A stretch of 64,000 bases of DNA from positions 1,773 to 65,772 of the forward strand of contig JAIOYI010000013.1 in the NCBI GenBank assembly GCA_021741205.1, in the 5' to 3' direction. This DNA comes from Emcibacter sp. (GTDB taxonomy: Bacteria; Pseudomonadota; Alphaproteobacteria; Sphingomonadales; Emcibacteraceae). This document shows positions 54,223-64,000 of this stretch, piece after piece. Within the stretch, counting starts at the first letter, position 1. Every line of letters begins with the position of its first letter. The notes beneath the pieces were generated by a model that had not been told where the DNA came from, searched no databases, and saw nothing but the letters and a program-made list of their open reading frames with translations. Made by a program: the position numbers and the translations under genes.

Positions 54223-54984
54223 TTATAATGCCGCCTCACCCTCGAAACATTCCTTGCCCATTACCTTTATTTTCAACACCAACATCGCCAAAGCAAGATC
54301 AAGTTCACGCTCTATCTGTGACCTTAGCACAAAGCTCGCCCCATATTTTTTATTGCGGAAAAAGGGATAACTGCCAAGAGATACATTTGGGAATGTTTTT
54401 TCCACATCTTCTAAAATATCGGCAAAATAACTTTCCCCCTCAAAGACATGAACAGCTTTTGACAGCATTTTGTCGCCGCCAAAAATTCTCATCTCCAGGT
54501 CCAGCAACATACTTTGCATAACAACAGGGATACCGGCCATAACAAAAACATTTTCCATTTGAAATCCGGGAGCGGAACTCACAGGATTTTTGATAAGGGT
54601 GGCACCTTCTGGTATCATCGTCATACGAAGCCTTGCATCAGAAACACCTTCCTTGCCGTAATGCTTGTTCAAAAGCTCTAAGGCTTCTGGGCTCTGAACA
54701 AAGTTCACGCCAAAGGCCTTGGCAATATTTTTTGCCGTAATATCATCATGGGTAGGCCCTATTCCTCCCGTGGTAAAGACATAATCAAATTGAACCCGCA
54801 ATTCATTGACCGTATTCTGAATCGTTATTGCGTCATCAGGAATGACCCGAACCTCTTTTAATTGAACGCCCATACGGTTAAGCCAAAGCGACAAATGGTT
54901 AAGATTCGCGTCACGGGTTCGTCCAGACAAAATTTCATCCCCAATAATGATCATCGCTGCTGTTACTGTCTTTATTTCGGTCAT
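54223..54984 (-). CDS. CinA-like molybdopterin-binding (MoCF_BD) domain protein
   Basis: 253 aa. AAMIIIGDEILSGRTRDANLNHLSLWL...VFTTGGIGPTHDDIT is typical of the CinA N-terminal/MoaB-MogA fold. Confidence 0.75.
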   Translation of the reverse strand: MTEIKTVTAAMIIIGDEILSGRTRDANLNHLSLWLNRMGVQLKEVRVIPDDAITIQNTVNELRVQFDYVFTTGGIGPTHDDITAKNIAKAFGVNFVQSPEALELLNKHYGKEGVSDARLRMTMIPEGATLIKNPVSSAPGFQMENVFVMAGIPVVMQSMLLDLEMRIFGGDKMLSKAVHVFEGESYFADILEDVEKTFPNVSLGSYPFFRNKKYGASFVLRSQIERELDLALAMLVLKIKVMGKECFEGEAAL

Positions 54985-55040
54985 TAAAAGTTATTCTTGT
55001 CTCATTGATTTTAATTTATTTTAAGATTATACCCTGTCTT

Positions 55041-55751
55041 ATGAAATTTGAACATAAACTTATCAAAGGTATCTTGATAAAACGTTACAAACGTTTTTTA
55101 GCGGATATCCAATTGGATAATGGTGATATTGTTACCGCCCATTGTGCTAATTCAGGCTCCATGATGGGTCTTTGTCTGCCTGGCAGCATAGTATGGCTAT
55201 CACCCGTAAATAATCCAAAAACAAAACTGAACTATAAATGGGAGCTTGTCGAAGCAAATGATACTCTCGTGGGTATTAACACCTCACTACCCAATGGATT
55301 GGTGGAAAAGGCCATAAAGGATGGCATTATTTCGGAGCTTTCTGGATATGGCTTGCTGCGCCGAGAAATGAAATATGGTCAACATAGCCGCATTGATATG
55401 TTTTTATCGGAGTCTCATAACAACACATCCGACTGCTATGTAGAGGTTAAAAGCGTAACCCTATCACGGCAAAAATCTCTGGCCGAGTTTCCCGACTCTG
55501 TCACCGCAAGAGGCACTAAACATTTACAGGAATTATCCCAAATGGTTAAAGACGGCTATCGTGCCGTCATGATCTATCTTATTCAACGGAATGATTGCAC
55601 AATATTCAGCATAGCAGATGACATAGACCCCATTTATGCGGCGGCACTCAAAAATGCGCTTAATTTTGGTGTTGAAGCCTATTGTTACAGTTGTAATTTA
55701 AATAAAAAAGAGATTATAGTAGAAAAAAATATTCCAATTAACTTACGATAA
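55041..55751 (+). CDS. sfsA: sugar fermentation stimulation protein SfsA (nuclease-fold DNA-binding protein)
   Basis: KGILIKRYKRFLADIQLDNGDIVTAHCANSGSM...YVEVKSVTL. ATG at 55041 preferred over the extended ORF start at 55005. Confidence 0.85.
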   Translation: MKFEHKLIKGILIKRYKRFLADIQLDNGDIVTAHCANSGSMMGLCLPGSIVWLSPVNNPKTKLNYKWELVEANDTLVGINTSLPNGLVEKAIKDGIISELSGYGLLRREMKYGQHSRIDMFLSESHNNTSDCYVEVKSVTLSRQKSLAEFPDSVTARGTKHLQELSQMVKDGYRAVMIYLIQRNDCTIFSIADDIDPIYAAALKNALNFGVEAYCYSCNLNKKEIIVEKNIPINLR

Positions 55752-55795
55752 TTGATAGTATTATCAACAAAAACAAAAATATTTATGGGTAAAGA

Positions 55796-56617
55796 ATGAA
55801 ATATATCAAGGCAAGTGAAGCAAGTACAAAAACACATGACGCTATAAAACTATATACATCAGAAGATTTTGAGGGCATGCGAAAAGCAGGGAAATTGGCC
55901 GCAGAAACTCTTGATATGATAACAGAATATGTCAGTCCTGGGGTCACGACTGATGAGTTGGATTTAATATGCGCTAATTTTGTAGAAAGCCGTAAAGCCA
56001 TCAGTGCGCCTCTTAACTATCGAGGTTTTCCTAAATCTATCTGTACCTCCATTAACCATGTGGTCTGTCATGGTATCCCAAACGATAAAAAACTGCAAAA
56101 GGGTGATATTATCAATATTGATGTCACTGTTATTCTTGATGGATGGTACGGCGATAGCAGCCGCATGTATTTTGCAGGAACCCCTTCTGTAAAGGCAAAA
56201 AGACTGGTTGATATCACCTATGAATGTCTTATGCGGGGGATTTCGGCGGTTAAACCCGGAGCAACGGTTGGTGATATTGGTCACGCCATTCAAAGCTATG
56301 CGGAATCCGAACGCTGCGGTGTTGTTGATATATTCTGTGGTCATGGTTTGGGGCGTGTATTTCATGATACACCCAATATTATGCATATTGGAAATCCAGG
56401 TGAAGGACCAGAATTAAAAGAGGGCATGTTTTTTACGATTGAGCCTATGATTAATCTTGGCAAAGCAGATGTGAAAATATTGTCTGATGGATGGACTGCG
56501 GTAACAAGGGATAAATCTCTGTCTGCCCAATTTGAGCACAGCCTAGGCGTGACCAAAAACGGGGTCGAAATTTTTACCCTGTCACCCAAAGGATTTCATC
56601 ACCCCCCCTATGCGTAA
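55796..56617 (+). CDS. map: type I methionine aminopeptidase
   Basis: 273 aa. VCHGIP, DVTVILDGWYGDSS, GHGLGRVFH, FTIEPM, QFEHSL metal-ligand motifs. Confidence 0.95.
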   Translation: MKYIKASEASTKTHDAIKLYTSEDFEGMRKAGKLAAETLDMITEYVSPGVTTDELDLICANFVESRKAISAPLNYRGFPKSICTSINHVVCHGIPNDKKLQKGDIINIDVTVILDGWYGDSSRMYFAGTPSVKAKRLVDITYECLMRGISAVKPGATVGDIGHAIQSYAESERCGVVDIFCGHGLGRVFHDTPNIMHIGNPGEGPELKEGMFFTIEPMINLGKADVKILSDGWTAVTRDKSLSAQFEHSLGVTKNGVEIFTLSPKGFHHPPYA

Positions 56618-57333
56618 TGTTTTTTAGAGAAGAGTTAATAGCCTTGGACAATCCGAATGACAAGCCCCATTTCAGCGGCCACAGGCAACGCCTAAAAGAT
56701 CGTTTTAACAAAGGTGGCGTGGATGCTGTTGCCGATTATGAATTATTGGAACTTGTCCTTTATTCCGCAATTCCAAGACGGGACGTCAAACCACTCGCCA
56801 AGGATTTAATCACCCATTTTGGCAGTTTTTCAGAAGTCATCAGCGCTCCAAATGACCGTCTGAAGGAAATTTCTGGCATTGGAGACACTGTTGTTTCTGC
56901 GCTTAAACTTGTCGAAGCCGCGGCTCAAAAACTTGCTCAAGGCAAAATCATGAATAAACCCGTCCTGTCCAATTGGCAGGCCTTAATTGATTATTGCCAA
57001 ATTAAAATGGCTCATCAAAAAAAGGAACAGTTTCGCATATTATTTCTCGATCGGCAAAACAGACTTATTGCCGATGAAAAACAACAGGAAGGCACCATTG
57101 ATCACACGCCTGTATACCCCCGAGAGGTTATTAAACGTGCCCTAGAACTCCATTCTACGGCCATTATTCTCGTCCATAATCATCCAAGCGGCGACCCAAC
57201 CCCAAGCCGAGATGATGTAACAATGACCAAAAATATTGAAGAGGCTGGAAAACAGCTAGGTGTCCTGCTTCATGATCATTTGATTATTTCAAAAAGTGGC
57301 CAAACCAGCTTAAAAACAATGGGTTTGATATAG
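56617..57333 (+). CDS. radC: RadC-family JAB/MPN-domain protein
   Basis: 238 aa. HhH region, then JAMM motif ILVHNHPSGDPTPSRDD. TAATG overlap with map. Confidence 0.85.
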   Translation: MFFREELIALDNPNDKPHFSGHRQRLKDRFNKGGVDAVADYELLELVLYSAIPRRDVKPLAKDLITHFGSFSEVISAPNDRLKEISGIGDTVVSALKLVEAAAQKLAQGKIMNKPVLSNWQALIDYCQIKMAHQKKEQFRILFLDRQNRLIADEKQQEGTIDHTPVYPREVIKRALELHSTAIILVHNHPSGDPTPSRDDVTMTKNIEEAGKQLGVLLHDHLIISKSGQTSLKTMGLI

Positions 57334-57467
57334 GACGTTGACGATACTTCTGAAATTCTCATATCCTGCCAATAAAATTTTAGCTATAATTTAGGCAGGA
57401 GGTCTTGTTCCCATGACCATTTCCTGTTAAAGCCTGCGGCAGAGAAAATTTAAAAACAGGTGTTGCC

Positions 57468-58760
57468 ATGATTCCACGTTATTCCCGCGAAGTAATGACC
57501 TCCATTTGGGAGCCACAATCAAAATTTAAAATTTGGTTTGAAATTGAGGCTCATGCCTGTGATGCTCTCGCTGAACTTGGTGTTATTCCCAAAGAAAGCG
57601 CAAAAATTATCTGGGAAAAGGGTAATTTTGATATCGACCGAATTGACGAAATTGAACGAGAAGTCAAACATGATGTTATTGCTTTTCTCACGTCGTTGTC
57701 TGAATATATTGGCCCCGAAGCCCGTTTCGTTCATCAAGGCATGACATCATCCGATGTGCTTGACACCTGTTTCAATGTACAACTGGTAAGAGCAGCTGAC
57801 ATTCTAATTGATGATGTGGAACAATTGCTTGTTGTTCTAAAAAGACGTGCCTATGAACATAAGATGGACGTGTGCATTGGCCGCAGTCACGGTATTCATG
57901 CAGAACCAGTAACCTTTGGCCTGAAAATGGCCGAAGCTTATGCGGAATTTGACCGTAATTTAGAACGGCTTAAAAACGCCCGTAAAGAAATTGCCACCTG
58001 TGCAATTTCCGGTGCAGTGGGAACTTTTGCTAATATCGACCCTCGTGTTGAAGAACATGTGGCGCATGCCTTGGGTCTTGAAGTGGAACCCGTGTCCACC
58101 CAAGTCATTCCCCGTGACCGTCACGCCATGTTTTTTGTCACACTTGGCGTTGTGGCAAGCTCTATTGAAAGACTCTCCACTGAAATCCGCCATTTACAGC
58201 GCACAGAAGTCTTAGAAGTTGAAGAATTTTTCTCTAAAGGCCAAAAAGGCTCAAGTGCCATGCCCCATAAACGCAATCCCGTATTGACAGAAAATTTGAC
58301 AGGACTTGCACGACTTGTACGCGGCATGGCCATCCCCGCCATGGAAAATGTAGCGCTTTGGCATGAACGAGATATTTCTCATAGCTCCGTTGAACGCATG
58401 ATAGGCCCTGATGCAACGGTAACGCTTGATTTTGCTTTGGCACGTCTGATCAATGTCATGGATAAGCTTGTGGTTTATCCTGAAAATATGATCGCTAATA
58501 TGGATAAACTTGGTGGGCTTCATAATTCTCAGCGTGTTCTTCTTGCTCTTACCCAAGCGGGCGTGAGCCGTGAAGACAGTTACCGCCTCGTCCAAAGAAA
58601 CGCCATGAAAGTATGGGAACAGGGGGCGGATTTTGCAACCGAATTAAAGGCCGATCCAGAAGTATCTGCAAAGCTATCCGATGCCGAAATTGATGATAAA
58701 TTTGATCTTGGCTATCACACCAAACATGTGGATACAATCTTCAGAAGAGTATTTAAGTAA
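57468..58760 (+). CDS. purB: adenylosuccinate lyase
   Basis: 430 aa. MIPRYSR..M..IW, fumarate-lyase signature GSSAMPHKRNP. Confidence 0.95.
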   Translation: MIPRYSREVMTSIWEPQSKFKIWFEIEAHACDALAELGVIPKESAKIIWEKGNFDIDRIDEIEREVKHDVIAFLTSLSEYIGPEARFVHQGMTSSDVLDTCFNVQLVRAADILIDDVEQLLVVLKRRAYEHKMDVCIGRSHGIHAEPVTFGLKMAEAYAEFDRNLERLKNARKEIATCAISGAVGTFANIDPRVEEHVAHALGLEVEPVSTQVIPRDRHAMFFVTLGVVASSIERLSTEIRHLQRTEVLEVEEFFSKGQKGSSAMPHKRNPVLTENLTGLARLVRGMAIPAMENVALWHERDISHSSVERMIGPDATVTLDFALARLINVMDKLVVYPENMIANMDKLGGLHNSQRVLLALTQAGVSREDSYRLVQRNAMKVWEQGADFATELKADPEVSAKLSDAEIDDKFDLGYHTKHVDTIFRRVFK

Positions 58761-58784
58761 CGGCCTTAAGTAATTGAATAAAAA

Positions 58785-59918
58785 TCAATTTTTTCTCTTG
58801 CGTTTCTTATTTTTTTTGACCCTTGAGGGAGGCAAAATGTCCTGATATTCCGACAAAGCCTTGCCCGTTAATCTTTGACTGGCTGTTGCTGTGGTATACT
58901 TAAAATCATAATCCACAATATAACGGTAATTGGCAACAGATGCCCGAGAACTGGCAAAACCTTTTTCAAAGAAATTAAGATGATCATTAATATTGAAATG
59001 ATCAATCTTCTTATTAAGTCGGATGGTACCCCGTATACTTTCATGGTCATTATTGGCTTTCACCACAATCACTGTAGGGTATGATGTTTTTTTATCTTCT
59101 TGGATAATATCCTTATATTCAAGCGTGACATCAGAAAAATTTGTCACTTTTCCCGACTTGTCTAATAATGTCAGGATAATATCCTTCTCTCCATCTGGTC
59201 TTATAATCGAAGATAAAAAAGGGATGGGTTGTTGATCTGCCCCAGAAAGGCCGCTCACACGGAGCCAATTCGTCAAAACATTCTCTAAATCACCATTGAT
59301 CAATACATGAGTGCCGAAACCTTGAACTTTACCTTTTTCCGTTTCAAAAATTTGCTCTTCATTTTGGTCAATGTTTTTTAAAATACGCCAACTACCCTCG
59401 CCTTTAAAATAAGGTAAGTAAATGGCGCTATTCATCTGGGCATCTTCATTCTTGAATTCAGCATGATCGAATATCTTGATATCCTGCGGAGAAATTTGTG
59501 AAGTAACCGTCACATCAATTTCATTTTTATCATCGGCACCCAAATATATTTTGTTTTGGTCGTCATCTCCACTCAGGCGATGGGTATGGATAAAAATATC
59601 AAATTTTTCAGGGTTAAATCCCCATTCACCGAGATTACGACCATTTTTAATGATCGTGCGTTTTCCATCTGGGCTTACAACGGTTGCAATCATTATGCCG
59701 TGGTCATTGCCCACAGGCCAAGGAAAATTAGCAGCCAAAAATTGGCTCGTTACAAATGTTCCATCCTCAAAAAGGAAATGCTGTTCCCAATATTCTTTAT
59801 AGTTCTTATCTTCTTGCAATTGGGGTTTTGTATGATCCATTGCAAAGACATGACCGTTAATGAAAAATAATGCCAATAACCCGCTCAACGCAATGAAAAT
59901 TAATTTGGTCAATCTCAA
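58785..59918 (-). CDS. secreted hypothetical protein with strongly basic C-terminal tail
   Basis: 377 aa, TTG start. Signal peptide (LIFIALSGLLALFFINGHVFA-MD). No family recognised. C-terminus is ...PPSRVKKNKKRKRKN*. Confidence 0.55.
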   Translation of the reverse strand: MRLTKLIFIALSGLLALFFINGHVFAMDHTKPQLQEDKNYKEYWEQHFLFEDGTFVTSQFLAANFPWPVGNDHGIMIATVVSPDGKRTIIKNGRNLGEWGFNPEKFDIFIHTHRLSGDDDQNKIYLGADDKNEIDVTVTSQISPQDIKIFDHAEFKNEDAQMNSAIYLPYFKGEGSWRILKNIDQNEEQIFETEKGKVQGFGTHVLINGDLENVLTNWLRVSGLSGADQQPIPFLSSIIRPDGEKDIILTLLDKSGKVTNFSDVTLEYKDIIQEDKKTSYPTVIVVKANNDHESIRGTIRLNKKIDHFNINDHLNFFEKGFASSRASVANYRYIVDYDFKYTTATASQRLTGKALSEYQDILPPSRVKKNKKRKRKN

Positions 59919-60090
59919 GCGATAACTCCTTACATATCAAACCCAAGCCCATATAATTAATATAAATATTACAGGGACATTTTATGTTCAGCAACTTATC
60001 CTGTATAAATATGGTGATTAAATGGCAAAATAAAAAAAGCCACCCTAGATAATTAAAGAGCAGCTTTCTGAAAAAATATAAAAGTTATAA

Positions 60091-60420
60091 TCAACCCTTG
60101 AGTTCGGTTGTCATTTGTTTTCGAGCAACAGCAAGCAAATCATCCATTTCACGACGCAATTGATGCTCAGAGATTTCAATACCACTGGCTTCAAGATCCC
60201 CCTTCACTTTGCGATAAACATCTTCGTCTCCGACTTCTTCAAAGTCAGCCACAACGACTTCGCGCGCATAAGCAGCCGCTGCATCACCCGCAAGCCCCAT
60301 TTTTTCTGCGGCCCACAGTCCAAGAAGTTTATTTCGGCGTGCATTAACCTTAAAGTCAAATTCCTCATTGCGAGCAAAATCTTTCTCGTAGGCATTTTTG
60401 CGATCGTCAAACTGGGTCAT
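60091..60420 (-). CDS. DUF1476 protein (alphaproteobacterial F1-ATPase inhibitor zeta-subunit family)
   Basis: 109 aa. MTQFDDRKNAYEKDFARNEEFDFKVNARRNKLLGLWAAEKMGL... matches the zeta/DUF1476 pattern. Typical position divergent from purC. Confidence 0.75.
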   Translation of the reverse strand: MTQFDDRKNAYEKDFARNEEFDFKVNARRNKLLGLWAAEKMGLAGDAAAAYAREVVVADFEEVGDEDVYRKVKGDLEASGIEISEHQLRREMDDLLAVARKQMTTELKG

Positions 60421-60672
60421 TCATTCAATCTCCTTTAGAAAAGCCAATTTATTCTTAAAAATCTTTATAACTTCTTGTGTACGTTAGAAAGCGTTTCATT
60501 TCCATAATTTTATATGGGTTTAGCAAGTTTATTGTAAAGGGTAAACTCTTTATATATTTTTCAAGGGACACCAATTGTTTTATTACTGCAATTGATATAT
60601 GTTCGCCTCGCTTGATTCTTTCATTTATAATATGGTTTGAAGATTAATATTATCTGCAACGGGAAAGCTCAT

Positions 60673-61437
60673 ATGTCCTCAAAAACACCCAAAGGTGAAA
60701 AACTATACGAAGGCAAGGCAAAAGTCCTTTATCAAGGAACAGAGCCTGGAACAATTATTCAATATTTCAAAGATGATGCCACCGCATTTAACGCTCAGAA
60801 ACGCGGAACGATTGCGGGAAAAGGCATTATAAATAACAAGGTAACAGAACTTGTTATGAATAATCTGGAAATGATTGGAATTCCGACTCATTTTATCGAA
60901 CGACTAAGTGACCGTGAACAATTAATCCGAGAAGTGGAAATTATTCCTCTTGAAGTTATTGTCCGCAATACCGTCGCTGGTACCATGGCAAAACGGCTTG
61001 GTCTTGATGAAGGTATCCGCCTTGATCGCCCTCTTATTGAATTTTCTTTAAAGGACGATGCCCTTGGTGATCCCCTTATTGCAGAAGAACATATTCTTTC
61101 CCTTGATATTGCTGATGAGGAAGAACTCAGCGAAATATTTGACATGACCCATCAGATTAATAATTTTCTGCGGGGAATGTTTGCAGGTATTGGTATTGAA
61201 CTCATTGACTTTAAACTTGAATATGGCCGTCTTTATGACGAAGAAGATACAGGCTACACAATTATTCTTGCTGACGAATTCAGCCCTGATAATTGCCGCC
61301 TTTGGGACATGAAAACGGGTGAAAAAATGGACAAGGATCGTTTTCGCCGTGATCTTGGCGGTGAAGTGGAGGCCTATCAAGAAGTGGCTCGTCGTCTTGG
61401 TATAAGCCTTGAAGCCGAAGATGGACGCAAACAATAA
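60673..61437 (+). CDS. purC: phosphoribosylaminoimidazole-succinocarboxamide (SAICAR) synthase
   Basis: [12 protein letters not shown]...[11 protein letters not shown]...[15 protein letters not shown] at 60673 preferred over the ORF start at 60637. Confidence 0.9.
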   Translation: MSSKTPKGEKLYEGKAKVLYQGTEPGTIIQYFKDDATAFNAQKRGTIAGKGIINNKVTELVMNNLEMIGIPTHFIERLSDREQLIREVEIIPLEVIVRNTVAGTMAKRLGLDEGIRLDRPLIEFSLKDDALGDPLIAEEHILSLDIADEEELSEIFDMTHQINNFLRGMFAGIGIELIDFKLEYGRLYDEEDTGYTIILADEFSPDNCRLWDMKTGEKMDKDRFRRDLGGEVEAYQEVARRLGISLEAEDGRKQ

Positions 61438-61476
61438 CGGCCGAACATAAGGCCCAGATACAAGAAAGGACACCCC

Positions 61477-61716
61477 GTGAAAGCACGTGTTCATATCACT
61501 TTAAAAAATGGCGTACTTGACCCTCAGGGCAAGGCAATACAGCATGCTCTGTCGGCGCTTGGATTTGACGGCGTAAAAGACGTGCGCCAAGGAAAATATA
61601 TTGAGCTAGATTTGACAGAAACCGATAAAAATAAAGCCATGACTTCCGTTGAGGCCATGTGCAAAAAGCTTTTGTCTAATACGGTCATTGAAAATTACGC
61701 CATCGACATTGAATAA
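61477..61716 (+). CDS. purS: phosphoribosylformylglycinamidine synthase subunit PurS
   Basis: 79 aa, GTG start. MKARVHITLKNGVLDPQGKAIQHALSALGF is canonical PurS. Confidence 0.85.
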   Translation: MKARVHITLKNGVLDPQGKAIQHALSALGFDGVKDVRQGKYIELDLTETDKNKAMTSVEAMCKKLLSNTVIENYAIDIE

Positions 61717-61753
61717 TGACATTGAATAACTTATTTTAATCTGGATATAATCC

Positions 61754-62443
61754 ATGAAAACTGCTGTAATTATATTTCCCGCCTCTAATTGTGATCGTGA
61801 TATGATCATAGCTCTTGAGAAAATAACGGGCCATAAACCTCATATTATCTGGCATCAAAATACAAACATTCCCGAAGTTGATCTTATTGCCCTTCCTGGC
61901 GGTTTTTCTTTTGGGGATTATTTGCGTTGTGGCGCCATGGCGGCCCGCTCTCCTGTAACAAAAAAGGTTATTGAACATGCAGACCGTGGGGGTAAGGTAA
62001 TTGGTATTTGCAACGGTTTTCAAATTCTGACTGAAACGGGGTTATTGCCAGGTGCCTTGATGCGCAACGAAAGCCTTAAATTTATTTGCAAGGATGTAAA
62101 TCTTCGGGTGGAAAATAACGATACCCCTTTCACCAATGCCTATAAAAAAGATCAGATTATAACTATTCCCATAGCTCACCATGACGGAAATTATTTTGCT
62201 GATGAAGACACTCTCGCAGCCTTAGAAGAAGAAGGACGGGTTGCTTTTCGCTATGTGGATGACAAGGGGCAGCCGACTAAGGATGCAAATCCTAATGGGT
62301 CGCGCAATAACATTGCCGGCATTATAAGCCGTCGCAAAAATATTCTTGGTATGATGCCGCATCCAGAACGGCTCATTGAAGATGCCCAAGGCGGAACAGA
62401 TGGCCTTGGTTTCTTTAAAAGCATAATCAACGCTATAAATTAA
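61754..62443 (+). CDS. purQ: phosphoribosylformylglycinamidine synthase subunit PurQ (glutaminase)
   Basis: 229 aa. [11 protein letters not shown], catalytic Cys in [16 protein letters not shown]. Confidence 0.9.
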   Translation: MKTAVIIFPASNCDRDMIIALEKITGHKPHIIWHQNTNIPEVDLIALPGGFSFGDYLRCGAMAARSPVTKKVIEHADRGGKVIGICNGFQILTETGLLPGALMRNESLKFICKDVNLRVENNDTPFTNAYKKDQIITIPIAHHDGNYFADEDTLAALEEEGRVAFRYVDDKGQPTKDANPNGSRNNIAGIISRRKNILGMMPHPERLIEDAQGGTDGLGFFKSIINAIN

Positions 62444-62452
62444 GGTTCTCAA

Positions 62453-64000
62453 ATGACTTGGAATAATACCATAGAAATTACCAAACAACTGGTCAAAGAA
62501 CATGGCCTAAGCGATGATGAATATGCCCGTTGTTTGAAAATATTGGGGCGCACGCCAACACTCACAGAACTTGGCATATTTTCTGTTATGTGGAGCGAAC
62601 ATTGTTCCTATAAATCATCCAAAGTTCATTTAAAAACTTTGCCTACAAAAGCGGCATGGGTTATTCATGGCCCCGGTGAAAATGCAGGCGTCATTGATAT
62701 TGGCGACAATCAGGCCATTATATTTAAAATGGAAAGCCATAATCATCCCTCCTATATTGAACCCTATCAAGGGGCAGCAACGGGCGTTGGCGGTATATTG
62801 CGGGATGTCTTTACCATGGGTGCCCGTCCTATCGCCAATATGAATGCACTGCGTTTTGGATCGCCTGAGCATCCCAAAACCCGTCATCTTTTAAGTGGTG
62901 TTGTGGCCGGCATCGGTGGATACGGTAATTGTGTTGGCGTTCCGACTGTGGGCGGTGAAACCAATTTTCATCCGTCCTATGACGGCAATATTTTGGTCAA
63001 TGCCATGAATGTAGGACTGGCAACCCAAGATAAGATATTTTTATCAGCGGCCGCTGGTATTGGCAACCCTGTCATTTACGTTGGCTCAAAAACAGGCCGT
63101 GATGGTATCCACGGCGCCACAATGGCGTCTGCAGAATTTACCGAGGACAGCGAAGAAAAGCGCCCCACCGTGCAAGTGGGCGATCCCTTTACGGAAAAAC
63201 TTCTTATCGAGGCCTGCCTTGAACTGATGGCAACCGACATGATTGTCGCTATTCAGGATATGGGGGCTGCGGGTCTTACCTCATCCTCGGTTGAGATGGC
63301 ATCGGGCGGCGGTGTGGGCTTTGCCTTTAATCTTGATATGGTTCCCCAGCGGGAAGAAGGCATGACCCCCTATGAAATGATGCTTTCTGAAAGTCAGGAA
63401 CGTATGCTTATTGTTCTTAAACCAGGACGGGAAGCCGAAGCCAAAGCAATCTTTGACAAATGGGATCTTGATTTTGCCGTTATAGGCATAATAACGGACA
63501 CGGGCAACCTCACACTCACCTTTAAGGGAGAGGTTGTCGCCGATATTCCAACCCAACCTTTGGCCGATAATGCCCCTGAATATAAACGACCTTTTGTCAT
63601 GACAGCCCCCAAAGCAAGTCTCGATCCAAAAGATGTCCCTGCCCCATCTGATTTGAAACAAGCTTTGCTCACCATGATAGGCTCCCCGCATTTATGCAGC
63701 CGTGATTGGATATGGCAACAATATGACATGCAAGTTATGGCTGACACCATTCAGAAACCGGGTGGTGATGCGGCAGTGGTTCGGGTTCATGGTACAAACA
63801 AGGCGGTTGCTATCTCAACGGACTGTACCCCCCGTTATTGCTATGCGGATCCTGTTGAGGGGGGCAAACAAGCTGTCGTAGAAACATGGCGAAATATTAC
63901 GGCTGTTGGGGCAACACCCCTTGCTATTACAGATTGCCTTAATTTCGGTAATCCCGAAAGACCCGAAATTATGGGACAATTCGTTGGCTGTATCGAGGGC
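62453..64000 (+). CDS. purL: phosphoribosylformylglycinamidine synthase subunit PurL (5' part, runs off the window end)
   Basis: Not in the ORF track because it is truncated. My translation from the ATG at 62453 gives [57 protein letters not shown]...[11 protein letters not shown]...[35 protein letters not shown], canonical PurL. In frame to position 64000. Confidence 0.9.
   Translation, partial: MTWNNTIEITKQLVKEHGLSDDEYARCLKILGRTPTLTELGIFSVMWSEHCSYKSSKVHLKTLPTKAAWVIHGPGENAGVIDIGDNQAIIFKMESHNHPSYIEPYQGAATGVGGILRDVFTMGARPIANMNALRFGSPEHPKTRHLLSGVVAGIGGYGNCVGVPTVGGETNFHPSYDGNILVNAMNVGLATQDKIFLSAAAGIGNPVIYVGSKTGRDGIHGATMASAEFTEDSEEKRPTVQVGDPFTEKLLIEACLELMATDMIVAIQDMGAAGLTSSSVEMASGGGVGFAFNLDMVPQREEGMTPYEMMLSESQERMLIVLKPGREAEAKAIFDKWDLDFAVIGIITDTGNLTLTFKGEVVADIPTQPLADNAPEYKRPFVMTAPKASLDPKDVPAPSDLKQALLTMIGSPHLCSRDWIWQQYDMQVMADTIQKPGGDAAVVRVHGTNKAVAISTDCTPRYCYADPVEGGKQAVVETWRNITAVGATPLAITDCLNFGNPERPEIMGQFVGCIEG

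Noticed and set aside
61048-61494. 148-aa ORF on the minus strand, with further antisense ORFs at 60703-61145.
   Set aside because: It is entirely antisense to the well-supported purC gene, has odd composition and no recognisable motifs. It is a shadow ORF.
63281-63750. 136-aa and 118-aa minus-strand ORFs near the window end.
   Set aside because: They are antisense to the unambiguous purL reading frame. They are shadow ORFs.
1-64000. Scanned for CRISPR arrays, IS elements/transposases, toxin-antitoxin pairs and known defence-system genes.
   Set aside because: No regularly spaced direct repeats, no transposase/integrase-like ORFs and no recognisable defence genes were found. The RadC and NYN-domain genes are in conserved housekeeping contexts here.

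Overview
This is a visibly AT-rich, tightly packed chromosomal segment. Gene content and synteny look alphaproteobacterial (inference): rplM-rpsI-argC, rpoZ-spoT, recG / sdhE-mfd, DUF1476(zeta)-purC-purS-purQ-purL, ctaA-cutA, two-domain maeB, and pdxJ-acpS-lepB-rnc-era. I can support about 65 protein-coding genes, one tRNA-Leu(UAA), a few intrinsic terminators, two short tandem repeats and two probable gene remnants. I saw no rRNA, CRISPR array, transposase, integrase or phage genes. Most of the window is housekeeping. The most interesting part is 32.3-41.3 kb. It holds a co-directional, translationally coupled FAAL / SDR reductase / dedicated ACP / serine-palmitoyltransferase-like block, which matches the bacterial ceramide pathway gene set known from Caulobacter. 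A convergent lipid-kinase-fold gene with a degenerate GGDGT motif sits next to it, followed by lptF-lptG and a large GNAT-like gene that is a candidate ceramide synthase. Secondary points of interest: (1) a small accessory patch at 25-26.5 kb with an Asn/His/Tyr-rich surface-antigen-like protein, a decayed CDF transporter fragment and a PA-IL/LecA-like lectin carrying a PEP-CTERM anchor; (2) an orphan FlgC-like rod protein beside two paralogous DUF2336-like genes that bracket nadK and a cytoplasmic PAS histidine kinase; (3) a secreted four-EF-hand protein; (4) a secreted protein with an NLS-like basic tail; (5) a decayed histidine-kinase fragment; (6) a GC-richer structured island with a 15-bp tandem duplication next to the tRNA. 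All family assignments come from motif recognition by eye. No database search was run.
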